64,000 bases of DNA from contig OZ024746.1 in NCBI GenBank assembly GCA_964016885.1, forward strand, positions 54,064,001-54,128,000, in the 5' to 3' direction. Source of the DNA: Eledone cirrhosa. Its lineage: Eukaryota. The position numbers were made by a program, and so were the translations under genes. The notes below the pieces were generated by a model. The model made no database searches. It had not been told where the DNA came from and saw nothing but the letters and a program-made list of their open reading frames with translations. Of this stretch, positions 55,882-64,000 are shown piece after piece; the first letter of the stretch is position 1; each line of letters begins with the position of its first letter.

Positions 55882-56200
55882 ATATTATTCAAAATGTTAA
55901 TAAATGAAAAATATTCTCATAATCAAAATTTATATTTTATTATACATATTTTAAAGGTACAATGGTGTTTAAATACGTTTTCATCAGACAAAATACATGT
56001 CTGATGAAAACGTATTTAAACACCATTGTACCTTTGAAATATGTATAATAAAATATAAATTTTGATTATGAGAATATTTTTCATTTATTAACATTTTGAA
56101 TAATATTAAATACTCCAAGAAAATCCCTTGTCGAGGGCTTCTAATCTATTGTCAAATTGTATTTGTTGATTAATCAACGAACCATATTAATCTTTGGTTA
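55882..56200. mobile_element. Fold-back HHR element (arms 55882-55990 and 55998-56106, plus tail)
   Basis: Plus arm: TGT-CTGATGA-AAA..TTT-GAAA-TATGTA-TA-ATA; the minus arm has GAAA changed to AAAA; flanked by (TA)n. Confidence 0.75.
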
Positions 56201-56772
56201 TATATATATATAAGAATAAACAGGGGTTGTGTAGTTGAAGGATAAGGTGTACTTATAAATAAGAGGAAAGCAAGGAGAAAATTTTCCTTCATCAGTTGTC
56301 TGCTGGGGGTCGTTGATATTTCAACGCATACACATACATATATGTACACACACATACATATGTGGTAGGGGTGGGGAACATATGATCGTAAAGTCGTGGT
56401 CCTCATTCCTGCTCTGACTGGGACATTATAGTCTTGAGAAAATGCATTTAATTTCATGTTGATTCTTCCTACTTGGCATAAAATGTGATCCAGCCGTAGG
56501 TTAACCCTGTAATGCACTGGTGTCTGTCCAGTGAGGGAAGACATGAAGTCCAAGTCTTAATGCTAATGAAATCAGGATGAGCTCCGCCCTGATTACCGTT
56601 AGGGCAATAAATGAAATGTGAATAAAACAGATTCTATGTGATATGTGAACGGCAAAGATGAATTGACTACAGCGTAATTAATATATATGTATATATGTGT
56701 GTGTGTGTGCCTGTGTGTGCTTGTTTGTGTGTGTGTGTGGGGGGGGGGGTGTATGCGAAAAGAGAGAGAGCA

Positions 56773-56879
<107 letters not shown>

Positions 56880-56993
56880 GTAGTATATAAAAATAATATA
56901 TGATATATATATACATACATAGATACATACATATATATATATATATACGCACACGCACATATATATAATCGCATCATATACATGCATACATAC

Positions 56994-57040
<47 letters not shown>

Positions 57041-57560
57041 CACTCAGACAAACACGACTGCACATACATGAGCAGGAAGATAGATAAAAATAGGGACATA
57101 TAGATACACAGCTATTTAGATAGACACACACACACACACCACACACACACCACACACACACACACACACACCACACACACCACACACACACTGACAGACA
57201 GAGAAACAGGACTAAATGATTCTAATATTGTTTTATTATCTATGAATGTTGTTCGGGGCGATTTCGTTAATCTTCTTAGCTTTCTGACAGGTAATCGATT
57301 TCATATTGTTTTAATTTCATCTTTGTACCCCCGCCCCCACCACCACCTTTCTTTCTCTTTATCTCTCTTTCTAACTCTTCCCGCTCTCTCACCGTTCAGC
57401 CCCCCCCCCTCACACACACCTCACACACATGAAGAGTCACTCAGATATGTTTATGTCTGTATATATATTTATATAACACACACAGACACATACTCACACG
57501 TGCACACACACAAACACACGCAGTCACATACACGCATGCACCCCTCCCCCTCCTCTCTCT

Positions 57561-57592
<32 letters not shown>

Positions 57593-57777
57593 TATATATA
57601 TATACTGTTTATATACCTGTACGTTGGTATGTAAATATGTTTATGAAAAAAGTTTATATATATATATATATACCTATATACACACACCTATATATATACA
57701 TACATAATACATACATACATATATATATACACATAATACATATATATATATATATAAATATATACATATATATATAT

Positions 57778-57825
<48 letters not shown>

Positions 57826-58244
57826 ATATGTATGCATATGCTTAAAATGTATGTATATATGTATCCATATGCTTAAAAACAACACGTATATATTTATACG
57901 TACATAAATATACATACATATGTGTGTTTTTTTAAATGGAATGAGGTACTGCGTATTATGATAATGCCATCATCTAAAGATTACCGGTTAAATACAGTGA
58001 TGAATGAAAAATACAAATTTAACAATTTCGTCAAATCTCTGCGTGTTACCATATAGCTGTATGGTAATGTCTCTAATACACAAGATTACTAAAAACATAA
58101 TGGCGCTGAATAGAACAGTGTATGCCTATCTACGGCTTGCTACTTGCTACATACAAGCTGAAACCGGTAGGCGTTGCGGTCGGGTTTAAACCTGTCTCTC
58201 TCTCTCCTTATATATATATATATATATATAAGTTGTAATATAAT

Positions 58245-58433
58245 TGTTTCTACGTTAGGCACAAGGCCAGCAAATTACCCAGTGCATTACTGGTACTTTA
58301 TTTTATCGACCCCGTAAGGATGAAAGGCAAAGTCAACCTCGGCGGGATTTGAACTCAGATCGTAAAGGGATGTAACTATGCTGGAAAGCATGGCGTCCGA
58401 CCCTCTACCGATACTGCCAATCCACACCCTATG
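58245..58433 (-). mobile_element. SINE family 1 inserted into the start of the family B array, with TSD
   Basis: AGTTGTAATATAAT duplicated at 58231-58244 and 58434-58447. Confidence 0.85.
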
Positions 58434-58999
58434 AGTTGTAATATAATGAAACGAAATTTCATTTCTCACTCTTAGTACGGCACTTACTTAAATGTAAGTA
58501 TGTATGTATACGTACATACATATATGTATACAGACGTACAGTAGCATGCATATATATATATATATATACATACAGGTACACATATATATATGTACGTATC
58601 AGTTTAGTGAACGTTTATTATAACGCTCGCTTTGTTCGTTTGTAAACAAGCGAACAGCCTGATTTATGCCATACGGTGTTAAGGCAACCACGTCACCTTT
58701 TTGTTCAACACTGACACAGGAACGATGTACTAGTTTCAAGCTTGTTAGCTATCATCAGCACCGTATACCCTTCTGCCAGATAGTTGAACGTTCGAAAGTA
58801 TATACTTTCCTTATGAAAATTAACGGCTGAGCAGCCTAATTTGCATATCGAGTGAGTTCAGTCGGCCAGGCGTACCGAAAACGATAAGTTGTAATATAAT
58901 GAAACGAAATTTCATTTCTCACTCTTACTACGGCACTTACTTAAATGTAAGTATGTATGTATACGTACATACTTATATGTATACAGACGTACAGTAGCA

Positions 59000-59081
<82 letters not shown>

Positions 59082-59461
59082 CAGGTACACATATATATAT
59101 GTACGTATCAGTTTAGCGAACGTTTATTATAACGCTCGCTTTGCCGTTTGTAAACAAGCGAACAGCCTGATTTATGCCATACGGTGTTAAGGCAACCACG
59201 TCATCTTTTTGTTCAACACTGACACAGGAACGATGTACTAGTTTCAAGCTTGTTAGCTATCATCAGCACCGTATACCCTTAACGGCTGAGCAGCCTAATT
59301 TGCATATCGAATGAGTTCAGTCGGCCAGGCGTACCGAAAACGATAAGTTGTAATATAATGAAACGAAATTTCATTTCTCACTTTTAGTACGGCACTTACT
59401 TAAATGTAAGTATGTATGTATACGTACATACATATATGTATACAGACGTACAGTAGCATGC

Positions 59462-59498
<37 letters not shown>

Positions 59499-59951
59499 CA
59501 GGTACACATATATCTATGTACGTATCAGTTTAGCGAACGTTTATTATAACGCTCGCTTTGTCCGTTTGTAAACAAGCGAACAGCCTGATTTATGTCATAC
59601 GGTGTTAAGGCAACCACGTCACCTTTTTGTTCAACACTGACACAGGAACGATGTACTAGTTTCAAGCTTGTTAGCTATCCTCAGCACCGTATACCCTTCT
59701 GCCAGATAGTTGAACGTTCGAAAGTATATACTTTCCTTATGAAAATTAACGGCTGAGCAGCCTAATTTGCATATCGAATGAGTTCAGTCGGCCAGGCGTA
59801 CCGAAAACGATAAGTTGTAATATAATGAAACGAAATTTCATTTCTCACTCTTAGTACGGCACTTATTTAAATGTAAGTATGTATGTATACGTACATTCAT
59901 ATATGTATACAGACGTACAGTAGCATGCATATATATATATATATATATATA

Positions 59952-60226
59952 TAATATAAGATCAAAAGATGGTTAAAGGAGTTCAATATATTTTATTATG
60001 CGCATTTCAAAAACAAACATCATCAAACAATAATATTTGTGTTTTCATCAGATAAAACATGATATGAAGGCTAAAAAAACACTTGTTGATAGTGCAGTTT
60101 TAAATCAACATATCATAACCATCTTTTGATCTTATATTATGCATACTCCAGTCCCACAAACTGTAGAGTGCTTCTTATCCGATATCTGCATTGCTTTATT
60201 GTACTACAATAAAACTCACCTCCTAC
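59952..60226. mobile_element. Family C element copy 4 (right arm internally deleted; HHR 59991-60057 minus) nested in the (TA)n of array unit 4
   Basis: Same arm and tail sequence as 2292-2696. Confidence 0.8.
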
Positions 60227-60305
<79 letters not shown>

Positions 60306-60819
60306 CATGTACACATATATATATGTACGTATCAGTTTAGCGAACGTTTATTATAACGCTCGCTTTGTCCGTTTGTAAACAAGCGAACAGCCTGATTTAT
60401 GCTATACGGGGTTAAGGCAACCACGTCACCTATATATATATATATATATATAATATAAAGCTGACGGCCGTATGTATGTAACAAACTTTCTGCCAAACGG
60501 CTGAACCAAATTTGCACCATAAATGTAACTTTTTCCAAGTGAGTGCATTTTTGTCTACTGAATTTTGTTAAAAGATTAAAGACATTATTTAAATATTCAC
60601 TTCTTTAAAATTTCAAATGTCAAAATTTCCAGTTATACGACATTCCTCACTTTTTCTTATGACGTCGCACAACATTCCCCTCTTTTTCTTAGCGTCTTTT
60701 TAGATATATACATAGCTATAACGTAGCGCCCTTATAATATGTCTCTGTATGTCTGGCTGTCTGCATTAGATAACGTTTTTCGAAATATTTACTTTTGCGT
60801 TCACAGATTGATTTTTTTT

Positions 60820-60863
60820 AGTTTCAGAAGATCCCGATAAGGGTGAAAGCCTTTGCTTAAACT
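60820..60863 (+). ncRNA. Hammerhead-like fold with non-canonical CAGAAGA core (family E)
   Basis: AGTTT-CAGAAGA-T CCC gataa GGG T-GAAA-GC cttt GC-TT-AAACT; all three stems pair. Confidence 0.5.
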
Positions 60864-61030
60864 TTAATCTGTTATTTTAATATATGGTAGCAGAATGGCC
60901 CGGCGTTGCTCGGGATTTGCTCTAGGGTTCTTATATATTTGATATATATTTATCCTTATCGAGCCTCGTGAAATAAATACGTTTGTTTATATTTTGTTAT
61001 TGTGTATGCAAAAATATCTGTACACAAATA

Positions 61031-61101
<71 letters not shown>

Positions 61102-61396
61102 CAGATTAAAGTATAAGCAAAGAATCGCTGTTTTCACCCTTAACGGGATCTTCTGAAACTAAAAAAATCAATCTGTGAACGCAGAAGTAAATATTTCGAA
61201 AAACGTTACACACTATATATATATATATATATATATACACTATATATATACATATATACACACACACACATATAGCGTCATAATGTCGTAATACAGACAT
61301 CCAGACATAAATACAGATATTATAAGGGCGCAACGTTATATGTATCTATCTAAAAAGAAAGACTAAGAATTATAGAGAGAGAGATCGCTATGCTAG

Positions 61397-61856
61397 ATGC
61401 GTGGTATGTTACACGATGACAGCCATTGGCACATCACCCTGCAAGAAACAGCAACTGCTAAAGTCCCTTCTCAGCTGCGAAAACTGTTTGCTATTATGCT
61501 GCACAAGGGCGATCTCGCACTGTGGAACAACCACCACGAAAGTCTAGCTGAGGACATCCTCCACCACACACGCAGACACAATCCAAACGTAACATACGAT
61601 GTGGTTTTCACTGAGGCACTCATTTGTCTTAAAAACAGTGTCCTGGAGATTGGTGGTAGGCCTCTAAGTCACTACAGCTTACCGCCTCCCGACAGAAGTG
61701 TCTAGAGGTCAACGTCTACAGAGCTTCTTCGCGAGAGGAGCTACGAGATCAGTGCTTCTCCCATGGTCAATTGTATGTAGGATGCTCTAGGGTGAGCTCG
61801 CCAAACAATCTCTTCATCTTTTCTCCGGAGGGCCGGACAAAAAAATATTGTATACT
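61397..61856 (+). pseudogene. Helitron RepHel fragments (inter-domain region and Pif1 helicase C-terminus)
   Basis: LHDDSHWHITLQE...PSQLRKLFAIML...LWNNHHESLAEDI, and at 61753 CFSHGQLYVGCSRVSSPNNLFIF...TKNIVY. Confidence 0.88.
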
Positions 61857-62820
61857 CTCTGTTCAGCCTTTATTGTTGTAACTATCAATTTTCTTTAACG
61901 TACTGGCTGCTGAACTGGGGAATCCTAAAATCTATTCAAACCTAACATCACAGGACGATAACCCCCCCCCCCCCAACCCAACTTCGCAGACTTGAGAGGG
62001 TGTGCGGTATCTTTGCACTGGAGTGGAGAGGGGATTCTTGAAAAGATAAAATACCGGTATACCTAGCCGGGCCAGCTACTATATATATATAAACAAGAGG
62101 TTTAAGTCAATCTTTATATATATATATGGAACAAAATATTTGAATCTACAAATTGTTCTCCTCTTACAACTTGAACTACGTCATTTTCTTAAATTTTTTT
62201 ATGTAAAATGTAAATCAACATCCTTTGTAACTCATATGAGAAATATAAACAATTAATACTTGTGGTTTATTTCTATAAAATCACCAATAATACTTATACT
62301 TGCACAATTATTAATCTATATAGATATTTATATACTTACAACCTTTTGTAATGTAATAAGATAAAATGTACTTACAACCATAATTCTTCATATAATCTAA
62401 TTGGTTATATATACAATATTATAACTCATAATATAGGTAAATAATTTCTTTTAAATTCTGGAATCATATTCCACCATTCCTACAAACTGTTAATTCTTTT
62501 TAAATTAACGTAAATACAAGCTCTTCTTTCTTTCTCTTTCTTCTTCCAACACATACATTCATATATCCTAATAATTATTTAAATCTACTTCGCGTCTAAA
62601 AATAACGTTTTTTTTTTCAGCCCTGTACCTCAACCTCATTTGCATACTCATCTTAATAATTTGATTTGAAATATTTGACGTTTCTTCTCTTTCCATTCTT
62701 TCCTTTACTATCCAAGAAAAACTTGACCCGTTAAGATCTTCTTCCTGGATATGTCAATTATTTATAAAACAAACTTTATATTTTATCTGATGAGGGCGTA
62801 ATAAAGTTTTGGTACCCTTG

Positions 62821-62854
<34 letters not shown>

Positions 62855-63059
62855 GTATAAAGGTTTGAACCCGACCGGTGTAAGGGAATCTTCCTGTCAT
62901 TACGATAGCAGCAGTCCGACGAGCATTTGATTCATTCTAGAGTCGTGCCCGATCGATACAGATCGATTATTGAACTGATCAATTGCGAAACGCGCCTCAG
63001 ACCTCAATAAATGTAATGGAAATTTAACACAACGTCCTTTTTATTATTATTATTATTCA

Positions 63060-63812
63060 GTGCTACCGAGGAGCTTTGCCAGTTCGGGATAAACTCTACA
63101 GGCATGGAGGTTCTGTCAGCCGGGCACGTCCGAGATGCGCGCAGGGCGACGAAACCGTCCTTCATGCACTCGTCCAGTGTCCGAGCATTGCTGACTTGTG
63201 GGTTTATGTAGAACACCTGCTGTCGCCAGTAGAACGGATCCGACTATCAGCTGAGTCCATCGTGAGGATTGCCCCGCCCTCTTCCTTTAGCCGGGAAGGG
63301 CAGGCCGTTTTTATCTGTCTGGAGGCCATGGCGAAAGAGATAGTATGGTGGATGCGTCTGAAAGGGCTGAAGACGAGAACTTACCTCTTCGGTGATGCCC
63401 TGATTAACTTTTTCCAATTTCATTTGAAAAGGAAAATCAGAGTAGAGAGGGAGGTGCTCTCTTCCCAGCTTTTTATTGAAAGATGGGTGAGATGGGCAAA
63501 AATGGCCCCAGTGAATGGATCTACTCTGAGTATATGCCTGTAAATTGAGGGTGGAAAACTGGGAGAGGACATTTGCCCTGGTGGTCATTGTCACCGTGGC
63601 TTTAATGGGCTTTCTCCACGATGGCCCTCGGAAGTCTCCCCCATATTGGGGAAGTTTTCATTGTTCTTTTATTACATCCTCTGTTTTTTTTTTTTGGGAG
63701 GGGGGGGGGGGGGGGGGGTTACACGCAGAAATGCCCATTTGTACCGTCCTGTATTGTCCTGTACTGTCCTTAATGTCTACTTTGTGTAAACCCTTGTGGT
63801 TAATAAAGAAAG
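63060..63812 (+). mobile_element. 5'-truncated Tx1-clade LINE (subfamily related to the 8.4-13.7 kb element)
   Basis: ALPVRDKLYRHG..PRC..DETVLHALVQC..ERWVR..VNGSTLSICL aligns with the ORF2 C-terminus; AATAAA near 63802; (ATT)n on both sides. Confidence 0.88.
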
Positions 63813-63824
63813 CATTATTATTAT

Positions 63825-64000
63825 CATGGCGAAAGAGATTGTGTGGTGGACAAGGTTAAAAGGGTTAAAGACAGACACTTTCCTCTTCGGCGAATCCCTA
63901 ATTAACTTTTTCAAGTTTCACTTGAAGAGGAAAATCAGGGTGAAGAGGCAAGTGCTGCATTCTAGCAAGTTTGTTGAAAAGTGGGTGAATGTAGCGAGAA
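63825..64000 (+). mobile_element. Third Tx1 3' fragment, running off the window
   Basis: MAKEIVWWTRLKGLKTDTFLFGESLINFFKFHLKRKIRV. Confidence 0.85.

Larger units (their letters stand above)
58231..60430 (-). repeat. Family B tandem array, ~3.6 units of ~455-467 bp; HHRs at 58722-58764, 59230-59272 and 59648-59690
   Basis: Minus: ACGGTG-CTGATGA (CTGAGGA in unit 3)-TAGCTaacaAGCTT-GAAA-CTAG-TA-CATCGT; unit starts at ~58434, 58887, 59346 and 59813. Confidence 0.9.
60445..62080 (+). mobile_element. Internally deleted Helitron with nested insertions
   Basis: 5' end TATAAAGCTGA..GTATGTATG..ACGGCTGAACC; RepHel fragments; putative 3' hairpin CCGG..CCGG followed by CTAC (degenerate CTAG) at ~62055-62080. 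Boundaries are inferred. Confidence 0.6.

Overview
Eukaryotic (metazoan) intergenic or intronic DNA with no recognisable host exon, prokaryotic gene or CRISPR array. The microsatellite load and SINE families suggest a cephalopod such as Octopus (inference). Nearly all listed ORFs are microsatellite translation artefacts. Real coding remnants are all transposon-derived: a near-full-length but frameshifted Tx1/L1-clade LINE (8.4-13.7 kb), R4/Dong-like RLE fragments, RTE fragments, a Penelope GIY-YIG endonuclease 3' end, Helitron RepHel pieces and a deleted Tc1/mariner. The main discovery is that the window is packed with minimal type I hammerhead ribozyme (HHR) motifs, about 30 read by eye. The 468-bp x ~8.8 tandem array at 28396-32516 carries one intact HHR per unit on the minus strand. 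A diverged, collinear ~430-470-bp family at ~2.8-4.1 kb, 43.0-43.6 kb and 58.2-60.4 kb carries the same ribozyme with compensatory stem changes, and most of these arrays end at the same unit position against (TA)n. This looks like a retrozyme-like or non-autonomous Penelope-type system. Separate fold-back (inverted pLTR-like) HHR elements are also present, including a family with a non-canonical CAGAAGA core. All folds were made by eye; none has been tested for activity.
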